From NCBI GenBank assembly GCA_964527395.1, contig CAZGQD010000003.1, positions 29,124-93,123 of the forward strand: 64,000 bases of DNA, given 5' to 3'. The notes under the pieces were generated by a model. It worked only from the letters and a program-made list of their open reading frames with translations. It was not told the DNA's origin and made no database searches. The translations under genes and the position numbers were made by a program. The stretch is from an uncultured Methanosarcinales archaeon (GTDB lineage: Archaea > Nanobdellota > Nanobdellia > Woesearchaeales > GW2011-AR9). Below, piece by piece: positions 46,955-57,481 of the stretch. Every line of letters starts with the position of its first letter. The first letter of the stretch is position 1.

Positions 46955-47311
46955 TTGAAAGTGTTCCCAGGGGTTAATCCAAAACAAATGCAGAAAATGA
47001 TGAACAAGATGGGCATCAAGCAAGTTGATCTAGGTGCTCGTAAAGTTATTATTGAGCTTGAAGATAAGAAATTGGTGTTTGATTCTAATGTTTCTGTACA
47101 GCGAGTGAACATGATGGGGCAAGAAACCTTTCAAATAGTTGGACCTTATAATGAGGAGAGCTATGACGATAACCCTAGCATTTCTGATGAAGACGTACAA
47201 GTAGTTATTGCACAAACTGGAGTTAGTCGGGAACGGGCTATTGAAGCTATTACAGGGTCTAAAGGAGATCTGGCTGAAGCTATCATGGAATTATCTGCTA
47301 AAAAAGAGTAA
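46955..47311 (+). CDS. nac: nascent polypeptide-associated complex protein
   Basis: NPKQMQKMM..MGI and C-terminal UBA-like GDLAEAIMEL. Confidence 0.92.
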   Translation: MKVFPGVNPKQMQKMMNKMGIKQVDLGARKVIIELEDKKLVFDSNVSVQRVNMMGQETFQIVGPYNEESYDDNPSISDEDVQVVIAQTGVSRERAIEAITGSKGDLAEAIMELSAKKE

Positions 47312-47333
47312 ATTAGGTTTAGTGAGTAGAGTA

Positions 47334-47729
47334 ATGAAGTCCAAGTCTGAAATTTTTGATAAAATAGCGTCTGTAAAACATATTCTAGAAGTGAGTTATC
47401 CACAAGTTAAAGATAGTCGTTTATTAGTTCGTTGTATGGTGATTTTGTCTGAGGCTTACTCGTCTGTGGCTAGTTCTGTAGGGGCTCATGGTGATTTAGA
47501 GGGGTTAGGTTCTGTTCATTTTAGTGTTTTTGAAGGGTTTTTGGCTAAAAGAGATAGTCTAAAATCTATGATAGAGAACTATGATTGTGGGCCAAAATCG
47601 TTCTCAAGACCTTCAGATTATGTGATTTGTGCAAAGGATTATAAAGTTCAAGTTATTTCTGTTAGTTCTGTAAGGGAGTACTTGACTTTTTTGCAGGAAA
47701 ATTGTGAAATTTTAAGAAGTTGTGAATAA
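47334..47729 (+). CDS. hypothetical protein
   Basis: In an operon with nac and the next gene. Confidence 0.5.
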   Translation: MKSKSEIFDKIASVKHILEVSYPQVKDSRLLVRCMVILSEAYSSVASSVGAHGDLEGLGSVHFSVFEGFLAKRDSLKSMIENYDCGPKSFSRPSDYVICAKDYKVQVISVSSVREYLTFLQENCEILRSCE

Positions 47730-48213
47730 TCTAATGGAAGAACATGTTTTTGAGGCTCGAGAGGAGCTTAAGAGGATTGAACATATTGTTTTTGTTAGTT
47801 TGAAGTATACTCGTACTAGTGATGTATTACATAATGGACTACTTCGATTTGTGAGTTTCTATGATCTTTTGGTTACTGGGTATCTAATGCATGCTCAAGA
47901 AAAGGGTTTGATTGAGAAAATACCTAAGAGTCCTGCTTTAGCTGTGAAGAAGCTTATGGGGCTTTATGAAGATGATGAGAAATTGCAGCAATATTTGGGC
48001 TTTTATTTCTTTATAAAGGAGCTATTGAAGCGAGAGTATGACAGAATCAATGAGTATAGGCGTCATGTTGGGATGTTGTTTCATGGTAATGAAAAAGATA
48101 CTCGGACTGTGGTGATTAATATTGATCATTTAGAGGCGATTGAGTGGTATTTGAACAATTTCTTTTCGTTTTCACTTTTGTTTTTAGGGTTGGTTAAAGA
48201 AGAAGAAGATTGA
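47722..48213 (+). CDS. hypothetical protein
   Basis: EELKRIEH..FVSLKYTRT; overlapping start. Confidence 0.6.
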   Translation: MNNLMEEHVFEAREELKRIEHIVFVSLKYTRTSDVLHNGLLRFVSFYDLLVTGYLMHAQEKGLIEKIPKSPALAVKKLMGLYEDDEKLQQYLGFYFFIKELLKREYDRINEYRRHVGMLFHGNEKDTRTVVINIDHLEAIEWYLNNFFSFSLLFLGLVKEEED

Positions 48214-48263
48214 GTTTAGAAAAATGTTGATTTTTTTATTAGAATGAATTAAAGAAAATAATA

Positions 48264-48602
<339 letters not shown>

Positions 48603-48674
48603 GTATTTAAATAGTTCTTTTTTGATGTTTCTTTACGATAAGTTTAAATATCAATTGATAATTTTAGTTATCAG

Positions 48675-49205
48675 ATGAAAAGAAAGAATGTCAAACAAAA
48701 GATAAAGGAATATTTCTTTATGAATCCGACAAAGAAGCTTAGAGTTAGGCAGATTGAGCGGGAAGTTGAAGTAGCTTTACCTTCTGCTATTAGATATAGT
48801 CGTGAACTTGAGGAAGAAGGGATATTGACTAGTTATGAAGTTGCTGGTGTGCATTTGTATTCTGCAGATAGAAGTTCTTCTATGTTTTTGCTTGAGAAAA
48901 AATTGTTTAATTATAGAACTTTGGCAGCTTCAGATCTGATTGATTTTTTAGTTGGTTATTTGAGTAACCCTTCCATTGTAGTTTTTGGATCTTATTCTCT
49001 TGGGGAAGATATTGAAAGTAGTGATATTGACTTGTATATTGAGACCAGTTCTAAAAAAAAGATTGATTTAAAGGCATTTGAGAAAGAGTTTGGAAGGAAA
49101 ATACAAGTGTTTGTGTACAACAATATTAAAAAAGTAAGGAATAAGGAACTTGCAAATAATATCATGAATGGAATGCTATTACATGGTTATTTGGAAGTGT
49201 TTTAG
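48675..49205 (+). CDS. wHTH plus minimal nucleotidyltransferase (MNT-like)
   Basis: VFGSYSLGED..SSDIDL. Confidence 0.85.
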   Translation: MKRKNVKQKIKEYFFMNPTKKLRVRQIEREVEVALPSAIRYSRELEEEGILTSYEVAGVHLYSADRSSSMFLLEKKLFNYRTLAASDLIDFLVGYLSNPSIVVFGSYSLGEDIESSDIDLYIETSSKKKIDLKAFEKEFGRKIQVFVYNNIKKVRNKELANNIMNGMLLHGYLEVF

Positions 49206-49220
49206 ATGAAGAAATTAAGT

Positions 49221-49535
49221 CTATCTGATGATATCAATTATTAGTCTGCCTTTTTTTGGAATAGATATGTCAATTTCATCTCCACTATGTAAATTTAAGC
49301 TTCTGATAATGTTTTTGTTGAAGTAAGTTCCTAGTCTTCCGCCAGAGAGATTGATAATTTTTTGTCTGATTTTTAAAGGAGATTCTCTTAATTCTTCAAT
49401 AACTTTTTGTGAGGAAATAGGTTCAAAGCTGAAATAGTCACAACTGTTACATTGATAGCTAGTTACTTTTTGACTTGCGTCTTCTACTTTAACTTGTATT
49501 TTCCTTAATTTTTTCTCGCATTTTGGACAGTTCAT
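49221..49535 (-). CDS. Zn-ribbon plus AbrB-like putative antitoxin
   Basis: CPKC...CNSC; C-terminal IIRSLNLHSGDEI. Confidence 0.65.
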   Translation of the reverse strand: MNCPKCEKKLRKIQVKVEDASQKVTSYQCNSCDYFSFEPISSQKVIEELRESPLKIRQKIINLSGGRLGTYFNKNIIRSLNLHSGDEIDISIPKKGRLIIDIIR

Positions 49536-49539
49536 TTTC

Positions 49540-49752
49540 TTACCTATTTCTTTTTGCATTTATTACGTAAAGTATGTTGTCTTTGATCTCAAATAGTAAA
49601 TAATATCCGGCTTGTTCGATTTCAAACTTAGTTCCTTTTTTCCTAGGATTTTTGATAGTAAAAATAAGTTCTACTACTTTGTGCCAAGGAACTTCTCTTT
49701 CATGTTCTTCAATATAATGTTGTGTCTTTTTTATTTCTGTAAAGTAAACCAC
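49540..49752 (-). CDS. small putative toxin
   Basis: Ends YVINAKR like RelE/BrnT-type toxins; coupled to the antitoxin. Confidence 0.5.
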   Translation of the reverse strand: MVYFTEIKKTQHYIEEHEREVPWHKVVELIFTIKNPRKKGTKFEIEQAGYYLLFEIKDNILYVINAKRNR

Positions 49753-49864
49753 TAGTTTAGCACCCAGATTTGTAGTCTTTTTGATTATATAAATGTTTTG
49801 TTTGAGAAATGAAATTTGATAATGAAGCAAAAGGTTTAAGTTCTATTGTGTGTTTTTAGTTTGT

Positions 49865-50578
49865 ATGACACGGTTTATTACACTTTTGTCAGGAAAAGGA
49901 GGGGTGGGAAAAACTTCTACGACTGTCAATTTAGGACATGCACTTGCAGGGCTTGGGAAAAAAGTAGTATTGGTGGATGCTAATTTTGCTACAGCTAATC
50001 TTGGTTTGCATTTAGGGGTTTTAGATCCTAAAGGAACTGTGAATCATTTTATTCGAGGAGAAAAAGCGCTTCGAGAAGTGATTCATGAGCATGATAGTGG
50101 ATTTTCGTTTATTCCAGCAAGTCCATCATATGCAGAGTTTCAAAAGACAAATCCGTCCAAAATTGGGAAATTGTTTAATCATTTAGAGAAGACCTGTGAC
50201 TTTGTTTTGATTGATGCTCCTAGTGGGCTTGGACCTGAACTACATCATTTATTGAAGCACAGTGATGAGACTTTGATTATAACTAATCCACAGCTTAGTT
50301 CAGTAATGGAAGCGCTTAAAAGTTTGACTTTGGCAGATGCAAAAGATAATACTGTTACTGGGATTGTACTTAACAAGAGCAACAAAGGGAGGCATGAGAT
50401 GTCTGTTGAGGAAGTTGAATCTATATTAGGTAGTCGAGTAATTGCTAACGTTAGGCATGATAGGAAAGTTCAGAAGGCTCAGCACGCACAGATGCCAGTT
50501 GGAGCAAAGTATTGGTGGGGAAGAAGCAAACGTGAATATGAAAAATTAGCTTCTTTTTTAGCTATGGAGTTTGATTAG
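49865..50578 (+). CDS. minD: MinD-family ATPase
   Basis: SGKGGVGKT, VDAN and IDAPSG. Confidence 0.9.
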   Translation: MTRFITLLSGKGGVGKTSTTVNLGHALAGLGKKVVLVDANFATANLGLHLGVLDPKGTVNHFIRGEKALREVIHEHDSGFSFIPASPSYAEFQKTNPSKIGKLFNHLEKTCDFVLIDAPSGLGPELHHLLKHSDETLIITNPQLSSVMEALKSLTLADAKDNTVTGIVLNKSNKGRHEMSVEEVESILGSRVIANVRHDRKVQKAQHAQMPVGAKYWWGRSKREYEKLASFLAMEFD

Positions 50579-50587
50579 AGGTTTCTA

Positions 50588-51094
50588 ATGGCGCATGTAG
50601 GGACTTTGGATCGTGGGAAAAGAAAGCATTGGGCCAGTTCTGAGATTAAGGATCTGGAGCAAAAGTTGATGGGGACGCATAAGTTTCATGGGAAGTCGCA
50701 GGATTTGATGTTTTTTGTGTTTATGCTCGTGGCTTTTGTGGTTGCTTTTGTGTTTGGATTGGTTGTTTCTCCATTGTGGTTTGTATTTTCTGGGGCTTTA
50801 TTTTCAGTTTTGTTTGTGGGTTTTGCTTTGTTTGCTGGGCTTTTGTATTTGGCATTTATACATATACATTCAGAATTTGAAGCGCAGCATCATGTGTTTT
50901 TGCTGTTTAGTTGTTTATTATTGTCTTATTTGAGTATGTTAGTGGTTGGGTTGATTTATAGTTTACTTGATTCTCACTTTGTATTTGGTGCAGATCTGTT
51001 TGAAGTTTGGTTCTATGGGGCTGCTTATTCTATTGCTTTTACTTTGCCTTATGCAGTGCATTGGTTGCTGGTTATTGTGCGTGGGAAGAAGTAG
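50588..51094 (+). CDS. multi-TM membrane protein
   Basis: About four hydrophobic segments. Confidence 0.6.
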   Translation: MAHVGTLDRGKRKHWASSEIKDLEQKLMGTHKFHGKSQDLMFFVFMLVAFVVAFVFGLVVSPLWFVFSGALFSVLFVGFALFAGLLYLAFIHIHSEFEAQHHVFLLFSCLLLSYLSMLVVGLIYSLLDSHFVFGADLFEVWFYGAAYSIAFTLPYAVHWLLVIVRGKK

Positions 51095-51110
51095 AGTAGA
51101 AGATGTTTAG

Positions 51111-51494
51111 TTATGTATGGTATTTTACATCAAACAATTTGAATTCGTCTATTTCAAAAGCAGTTATCATTTTTGCTTCATGGTCCAAAGCTAACATAAA
51201 GAAGTCTTTAGTGTAACCTTGACTTCTTTTGAGGGCTTGGTATCTATTGGCATCTTCATGTCCATTGTGGAAACTGTAGCGTCCGGTGTTTGCTTCAACT
51301 AGTACAATATGGTTTGGGTGTCTTAGCATAGTAGCTTCGTTTGCTTCGTAGAATTTGTCTATATTTTCTAGAGGGGAAGTGTTGTCAGCTGGATTGTAGA
51401 CTATTGTAGGTGTAATTGGAGCAGAAGGTTCTTCTGAAGGGGAGGTTGGTTCTTTTTTAAGGAGTTTTTTGATAATGTCGCATATGAAGGTCAT
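51111..51494 (-). CDS. hypothetical protein
   Basis: 127-aa ORF. Confidence 0.5.
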   Translation of the reverse strand: MTFICDIIKKLLKKEPTSPSEEPSAPITPTIVYNPADNTSPLENIDKFYEANEATMLRHPNHIVLVEANTGRYSFHNGHEDANRYQALKRSQGYTKDFFMLALDHEAKMITAFEIDEFKLFDVKYHT

Positions 51495-51537
51495 GTGTTT
51501 TTTGTTAGTTTTAGTTTAAATAAAGGTTTTGATTAAG

Positions 51538-52776
51538 TTATATCTGGTAATTGAGCTTTTTTAGGTCCATTAGGATTAATTCTTGGATTAGATATTCAAA
51601 TTCTAGGTCGTTTCTTTCGTTAGATTTTTTAGTTAGGTTTAGATATTGATCGAAGTAGCCTAAAGGAAAGTCTAAGATTGGAATTTTGTGATTTCTTAAA
51701 ATGTGAAACATTAGTAGTCTTGAAGTTCTACTATTACCATCATTAAAAGGGTGAATTCTTTGAAATTCGTTATGGAAAAATGCAGCGAAGGAGATAATTC
51801 TTTTAAGATCATTTGAGGTTTTGTTTTTTTCTTTTTTGAATTCATCATAAAGAGTAAGGAGATGGTCTAGTTTTTGGCTTATCTGTTGCCAAGCTGCTGT
51901 TTTGAAATTAGGGTTACCTTTGATTCTGACGTCATGTTTTCTGATTTCTCCTGCACCAAAAGTGTGGTACATAGCTGTTTTGTGGTAGATTAGAATAAGT
52001 TCTTTGGTGATTGTTTTGTTGTTGTTTGCATTTTCTAGCATTAGGTCTACTGCTTTTTTGTAGTTCATTAATTCTTGAATGTTATTCGCAGTGTAATTAG
52101 AAATGCTCTGTCCAGTTAGGATCTTTTGAGTGTCAGGTAAGGTTAAAGGGTTTCCTTCTAAACTTAAACTTTGATGGATGAAAGAGATTTGGGATTTTTC
52201 TTCTAATTTGAATAAATCTATATTATCTTGCTTCTTTATTTTTTTGTATTTAGATAATTCTTTTTTAATTAAAGGAATGATGTCTTGTCTTTTAGTTTGA
52301 TCAAAAGTATTGTCTTTTTTGTGATATTTAAGAAGGTTTTTTAGGAAGTTGTTTTCTAAGAGTTTTGCTTTTAGTGGCTTTTTACTAAATATTAAAACAA
52401 ATCCATATTTTGCTAAGGTGTTGGTATAGTCTGTGAATGTTTTTTGGCTGATGTCTGTACTGTTAGAGTAGAAATATTCTCTAGGAGCTATGTCTAAAAT
52501 GAAATTGATAACTGATTCTTTTAATAAGAAATTGTATGAAAGGTTGTTTTTAATACAAAAATGGATAATGTTGTAAAGATCTTGGCTTTTTTTAGAGTTG
52601 ATTACTTGGAAAGTTTTGTTTTTCTTTGAGATTAGTTTGTTTTTTTTAAGTTCTGAGATGTGATTGTAGATAGAGTTGTAGCTACTTTTTCTTTCTCCTA
52701 GGTATTTATTGATATTAGAAATAGTGCAAGTGCCTTTTCTAGCAATTATGTAAAAAATGTCATATTCTGATACCAT
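51538..52776 (-). CDS. Fic family protein with an N-terminal wHTH-like region
   Basis: HPFNDGNSRTSR and SLSLEGN. Confidence 0.88.
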   Translation of the reverse strand: MVSEYDIFYIIARKGTCTISNINKYLGERKSSYNSIYNHISELKKNKLISKKNKTFQVINSKKSQDLYNIIHFCIKNNLSYNFLLKESVINFILDIAPREYFYSNSTDISQKTFTDYTNTLAKYGFVLIFSKKPLKAKLLENNFLKNLLKYHKKDNTFDQTKRQDIIPLIKKELSKYKKIKKQDNIDLFKLEEKSQISFIHQSLSLEGNPLTLPDTQKILTGQSISNYTANNIQELMNYKKAVDLMLENANNNKTITKELILIYHKTAMYHTFGAGEIRKHDVRIKGNPNFKTAAWQQISQKLDHLLTLYDEFKKEKNKTSNDLKRIISFAAFFHNEFQRIHPFNDGNSRTSRLLMFHILRNHKIPILDFPLGYFDQYLNLTKKSNERNDLEFEYLIQELILMDLKKLNYQI

Positions 52777-52815
52777 CTAAGGTGTAGAAAGGGTTATTCT
52801 TTATAAATTTATGCT

Positions 52816-52932
52816 ATTAAGGATATTTTCTGTAGTTTTTCTTAATATTTTGTTCTTTTTGGTCTGTTTTTGGAATTTTTAGGTTAATAATTGACCATTA
52901 AGGATATTTTCTGTAGGTTTTCTTAATATTTT
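52816..52932. promoter_or_regulatory. 36-bp direct repeat, two copies, each semi-palindromic
   Basis: ATTAAGGATATTTTCTGTAG(T/G)TTTTCTTAATATTTT at 52816 and 52897. Confidence 0.7.
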
Positions 52933-52999
52933 ATGCGTTTTAAGTATTCTCTTATTATTATAAGGAAGATTTAAATAAAAGTAATACTTTATTACTTTT

Positions 53000-53257
53000 A
53001 TGGCAGAAGTTAAGACTATTAAGGGAGTTACTGAAGAGACTTGGGCTGAGTTTAAGGGGCTTGCTTCAAGAAATGATGATACTTTAGGTTCTTTTTTTGA
53101 GAAATTGATTGCTTTTTATAAGAAAGAAAGTAAGACTTTTTGGGACGATATTCTTGGGGGAGATCCGATTATAACGGAGGAAGAAGCAAAGGATATAGAA
53201 AAAGAGATAATTTCTCTTCGTAAGCAAAGGAGTTTTAGAGATGACCTTGATTTTTGA
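53000..53257 (+). CDS. putative VapB antitoxin
   Basis: RHH-like N-terminus; overlaps the PIN gene. Confidence 0.7.
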   Translation: MAEVKTIKGVTEETWAEFKGLASRNDDTLGSFFEKLIAFYKKESKTFWDDILGGDPIITEEEAKDIEKEIISLRKQRSFRDDLDF

Positions 53258-53642
53258 TTCTTCAATTCTTATAGATTTGGAGAAAGGGAAGAAGGAAACT
53301 ATCTCTAGTTTGAAAGAATTGGCTTTGAGGTATCCTGCGCCAGTGTTTATAAGTTTTGTTTCCTATTTTGAATTTTATTTTGGAATCTTGAGAAGGTCAC
53401 CTAATAATTTTAATTTAGCTTATGGGTTTTTGCAAAAGTTTCCTTTACTTCTTCCTACGAAAAAGACTGCGGAAATTTTAGGTGAACTTAGAAAAAAGTA
53501 TAATGCACAAGGAAAAATTTTGCCATTAGCCGATTATTTGATTGCTAGTCAAGCTAAGGAACATAATTTGACGTTGGTTACAAGAGATAAAGACTTTGGG
53601 ATGTTTGAAGAAATAAAGGTTATACATTTAGAGAATATTTAG
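53241..53642 (+). CDS. vapC: VapC PIN-domain toxin
   Basis: FDSSILID, E, ADYLIA and TRDKDF. Confidence 0.9.
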   Translation: MTLIFDSSILIDLEKGKKETISSLKELALRYPAPVFISFVSYFEFYFGILRRSPNNFNLAYGFLQKFPLLLPTKKTAEILGELRKKYNAQGKILPLADYLIASQAKEHNLTLVTRDKDFGMFEEIKVIHLENI

Positions 53643-53658
53643 CTGTTTTAGGCTATTT

Positions 53659-54294
53659 TTAAGAATCTTCGTTTAAAAGGAGCCTTAGGATCACTGCGGC
53701 GCTCCGATCTTCTTTGATTTGGTTGTTTAATGTGAGTTTGAGTAGTTCTTCTTTTGTTTTCCACTCTATTTTGATGCATGAAAATCCAAGATTTTCAGCA
53801 CAGGAAATCTTTGATTTCCTTGTGTTTTCACCATCTTCTAAGGATTGCTCTTTTTGATTGTCTTGGTCAACTGTGATTAGAAAATAGTAGAGGTCCCAAT
53901 CTATAGTAGTTCCACACTTGGAGATGTGGATAAGTTCTGTTTTGATTGGAGTGTATCCAGTTTCTTCTTGGCACTCTTTGATTGCTGCTGCCTTGGATGC
54001 GTTTTTTAGTTGGGTTTTGTTGTTTCTGATTTGTTTATAGTTTTCTAGTTTGTCAAAGACTTTTCCACCTGGGAGTCTATAGTCGTAATCTTTGATTTCG
54101 TATCTGAATTCTTTTGTGATTAGGTATTGGTTTTGTTTGTTTTTTATTATGAGTCTGACACCTGGAGCACGTCTGGCAATTTCAAAAATGACTTTCCTAT
54201 CTTCAAGTTTCATAGGGATTTTTACAAATTCTAGAATTCTGCCTGAAGCGATTATTTCTTCTGGTCCATCTTGAGTCTGGATGTTTGATTTCAT
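53659..54294 (-). CDS. Nudix hydrolase with a 16-aa insertion
   Basis: LPGG...AAIKECQEETG. Confidence 0.85.
   Translation of the reverse strand: MKSNIQTQDGPEEIIASGRILEFVKIPMKLEDRKVIFEIARRAPGVRLIIKNKQNQYLITKEFRYEIKDYDYRLPGGKVFDKLENYKQIRNNKTQLKNASKAAAIKECQEETGYTPIKTELIHISKCGTTIDWDLYYFLITVDQDNQKEQSLEDGENTRKSKISCAENLGFSCIKIEWKTKEELLKLTLNNQIKEDRSAAVILRLLLNEDS
53777..53824. mobile_element. 48-nt twin-hairpin micro-insertion D2 (in frame in the Nudix gene)
   Basis: Coding strand CACA-AGGAAATC.AAA.GATTTCCT-GTGC-TGAAAATC.TTG.GATTTTCA-TG. Confidence 0.88.
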
Positions 54295-54480
54295 TGTATT
54301 TGGTCTAGTTTCAGATAGATTCTTATAAAATTATTGGTTCTTTAGTAGTTATGGGAGATTTGAGAGAGAAAATTAGACTTTTAATGAAGGAATTTACAGT
54401 TGAGATGAAGAAGCAGAAAATATCTAAAGAAGATGCTGTTAAGGAAATTGGTTTGATGAGATTAAAAGAAATGAAATAGT

Positions 54481-56169
54481 TTATTCATCATCAGAGTCGA
54501 AAAGAATTCTAATAATGTTTGCGTAAGCTGGCCTTGCAACAAATACACCTAAAGTAATACCCATAATAGTTGTGAAAGCGAAACCTTTTAGGAGTCCAGC
54601 ACCTGCGAACCATAAAGGAAGCATTCCTACAGCAGTTGTGAAGTAAGCACCCATAACAATTGCCATAGCGGCTTTGATTTTTTCTGTTAATTTGGTTTTT
54701 TGTGAGACGCCTTTAAGAGTTTCATCACTGATAATGATAAGATGGTCAACACCAGTACCGGCGGCGATGATGATTCCAGCCAAAGCAGCTAAGTCTAAGT
54801 TCCAACCTACTAGGGCTGCGAAACCTAGGATTAAAACTATCTCTGAGAGCATGATAAGGCTCATTGGGATTGCGATTTTTGGTTTTCTATACCTAAGCAT
54901 GATAGTTGTGAAAACAGCTAGGATGGCGATGATTGCTACAATGGTAAGATTGTCTAAGAATTCTTCTCCAAGTTCAGGAGAGATAGTGTCCATCTTAACA
55001 ATTTCTAGTTCTATTGGAAGTGAACCTGTGATTAGAATAGTTTGAAGCTTCTTCATATTGTTTAAAGTGTCTTCAATAGCGTTATCTTGACCATTACCAT
55101 AACCTGAACCTGAAATAGAAATGTCTGTTACAGGTCTTCCTTGCAGATCTGCACCAATTCTTAATGAATCTACTTCTTCATCATCTAAATAGAGGATAAG
55201 GCTTTCACTTAAATATCTTGAATTTGCAGTGTATTCTATAGTTAGTTCTTCTGTTAGGTCTGCTTGTTTTTGTGCTGCTTCTGGACTTAAACTGATAGCG
55301 AATGAGAATGAACAAATGTGTGAACCATCTTGTTGTGCCTGACATCCACGTTGTGGGTCGATACCAGAACAGTCAGCACTTCTACAAACGTAAGTGATAT
55401 CTTCGTTAGCACTTGAGAAAACAGTTTGGTTAGCTATTTTTGCTTCGAACTTACCTTGTTTTGATAACAATTCTCTTACTTCTTTTTCAGTTGCACCAGC
55501 GATTTCAATTACAATGTATTGGTCTCCTGCTAGGTCTGTTGCTGGAGTAATACTGATGTCGCTTAGACCGTAAACGTTTAGTCTTTCGTTAAGACTTTCA
55601 GCTGTAACTTCTAGAGTTTCTTCTGAGACACGTTCTGTTGGAGCTAGTAAGACTCTGGTTCCACCAGCTAGGTCAAGGCCTTTTCTTAAGTTGTTTTTAG
55701 CAGGCTGCGTTACTGAGATTCCTAGGCTGATTTCTTCACCTGGAGAGATTGTGTTAATGTTATTTGTTTGGTTTGTTGAGTTAGTTGTATCGTTATTATT
55801 TGAGGATTCATCTATTGTATCGTCTGAAATGGTTGGAGTTAAAATAGTGTAAGTAGCTTCAGTTGTAGTGATTCTAATAGGTGTTTGAGGTTCTAGATTG
55901 CTTGTAAGTTCGTAGAATTGGTCCGTGCTTGTTATTTTAGTGTTGTCTATTTGCAATATTCTTTCTCTTTGCATTGGAGATGTTTTAGTATCTGGACTAG
56001 ACATACCAGCTTCACTTGCTAAGGAATTTGTTTCTATACTTTGGATAGTAACTCCAGTTGCGAACCAGTTGCTTGGATTTAATGTGAAAATTGAAGTTAG
56101 AGCAAAGACTAGGAAAACTAATAATAGGATTACTCTGAAATTTGTGAAGATCTTTTTTGCTTTTCCCAT
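54481..56169 (-). CDS. secD: protein translocase subunit SecD
   Basis: GLDLAGGTR, RLNVYGL, TGSLP and GTGVD. Confidence 0.93.
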   Translation of the reverse strand: MGKAKKIFTNFRVILLLVFLVFALTSIFTLNPSNWFATGVTIQSIETNSLASEAGMSSPDTKTSPMQRERILQIDNTKITSTDQFYELTSNLEPQTPIRITTTEATYTILTPTISDDTIDESSNNNDTTNSTNQTNNINTISPGEEISLGISVTQPAKNNLRKGLDLAGGTRVLLAPTERVSEETLEVTAESLNERLNVYGLSDISITPATDLAGDQYIVIEIAGATEKEVRELLSKQGKFEAKIANQTVFSSANEDITYVCRSADCSGIDPQRGCQAQQDGSHICSFSFAISLSPEAAQKQADLTEELTIEYTANSRYLSESLILYLDDEEVDSLRIGADLQGRPVTDISISGSGYGNGQDNAIEDTLNNMKKLQTILITGSLPIELEIVKMDTISPELGEEFLDNLTIVAIIAILAVFTTIMLRYRKPKIAIPMSLIMLSEIVLILGFAALVGWNLDLAALAGIIIAAGTGVDHLIIISDETLKGVSQKTKLTEKIKAAMAIVMGAYFTTAVGMLPLWFAGAGLLKGFAFTTIMGITLGVFVARPAYANIIRILFDSDDE

Positions 56170-56194
56170 TTTTGCTTTTCTTTTTTTAATTATA

Positions 56195-57220
56195 TTATTG
56201 AGTATGTAATTCTTTTTTGTCAGCGTCTTTCATGATTTCTTGATGAAGTTCTGCTGTTGTCTTAGGTGCTTTAGATTCTTTTTGTTTTGAGTGATGCTTA
56301 TGTTGCTTAGAGTGTTCTTTAGCTTGAACTTGCTCTTTTTGCCTCTCGTGCTTTTCACCAACAGATTCAAGGTAGAGTCTTAAGATTCCTACGTTCTGGA
56401 TCCAAGTCATAATTAAGTCTACCAAAAGACCGATTACTAAAATTAAAGCGATTTGTTTTACAATTTCACTTTTTACTAAGATCAAGGTGATGATAAGTAC
56501 AATAATTGTAGTTGCAACCATAGTAAGACCTGTTTTCATAGCTTCGTAGACCCTTTTCATAAGCTGTTTTTGGCCACGTCTCTTTAGAAGGTGAGTTGTA
56601 ACTAAGATGTCTGTATCTACAGAATAACCTATAAGCATTAATAGTGCTGCGATTCCAGCTGTTTGGAGCTTTTGGCCAGTTAAGTTGAAAATTGCTACAG
56701 TAATAATAATGTCTGACCCTGCTGCAAGGATAACAGCTAGGCTTGGTGCCAAAGTTCTAAAATATAGGAAAACTACTACACCCATTAGTAAGAATGCTAC
56801 TAATAAAGCAATCATGGTTTGTTTAAAGAAACTTTCACCTAAGGAAGAACCCATAACTTCAGTAGTTAGTTGATCTTCTGTTACTCCTGCTAACTCAGTG
56901 ATTGAGTCAGTTAGAAGTTGCAGATTAGTTTCGTCTTGGATCGTTGATTCGATGATGATTCCTGTCTTGCCTAAGGTTCTGGCGCTTAGTTCTGCGTTTG
57001 GAAATTCTTGTTGTAGGGTGGATTCTATGGTTTCTAGGCTAGTTGTTGTGTCAGTTATAGTGATAGTTGATCCTCCGCTAAGAGATACACCTTTGTTAAC
57101 AAAATCGCCTGTTGCTGCTGTTTGAAGTCCGATTTGGACGAATGCTGCGAATAGTAAGATGAAAGGGATGATTAGAAGAATTTTGTACTTTTCTTCATAA
57201 AATTGTTTGATTGCTTTCAT
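56195..57220 (-). CDS. secF: protein translocase subunit SecF
   Basis: GVSLSGG and LMLIGYSVDTDIL. Confidence 0.93.
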   Translation of the reverse strand: MKAIKQFYEEKYKILLIIPFILLFAAFVQIGLQTAATGDFVNKGVSLSGGSTITITDTTTSLETIESTLQQEFPNAELSARTLGKTGIIIESTIQDETNLQLLTDSITELAGVTEDQLTTEVMGSSLGESFFKQTMIALLVAFLLMGVVVFLYFRTLAPSLAVILAAGSDIIITVAIFNLTGQKLQTAGIAALLMLIGYSVDTDILVTTHLLKRRGQKQLMKRVYEAMKTGLTMVATTIIVLIITLILVKSEIVKQIALILVIGLLVDLIMTWIQNVGILRLYLESVGEKHERQKEQVQAKEHSKQHKHHSKQKESKAPKTTAELHQEIMKDADKKELHTQ

Positions 57221-57294
57221 GTTTGCTGTTTGGCGGTTTGGGCTTTTTTAAAGGTTATGGTTGGCTTGAGGTTATATTAGTAGTTTTTTGTGTG

Positions 57295-57437
57295 GGCTCT
57301 GTAGAAACCCTCAATTCGGGGCGAGGTTGAATAGGCTCTTCTTCGCGTTCGCCTAAACGGCTCAGGTCGTTTGATTAAGCTCTAGCGAAGATAGTCTCTT
57401 TTTGCGGAGGCGCCCCCGAGAGGGTTTCTACAGAGCC
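57295..57437. mobile_element. MITE family C, copy 2 (143 bp)
   Basis: 18-bp TIR GGCTCTGTAGAAACCCTC; 8-bp TSD TTTGTGTG. Confidence 0.9.
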
Positions 57438-57481
57438 TTTGTGTGAAATAGTTTATAAATAGAGAGTTTTGAGGTGTTTAT

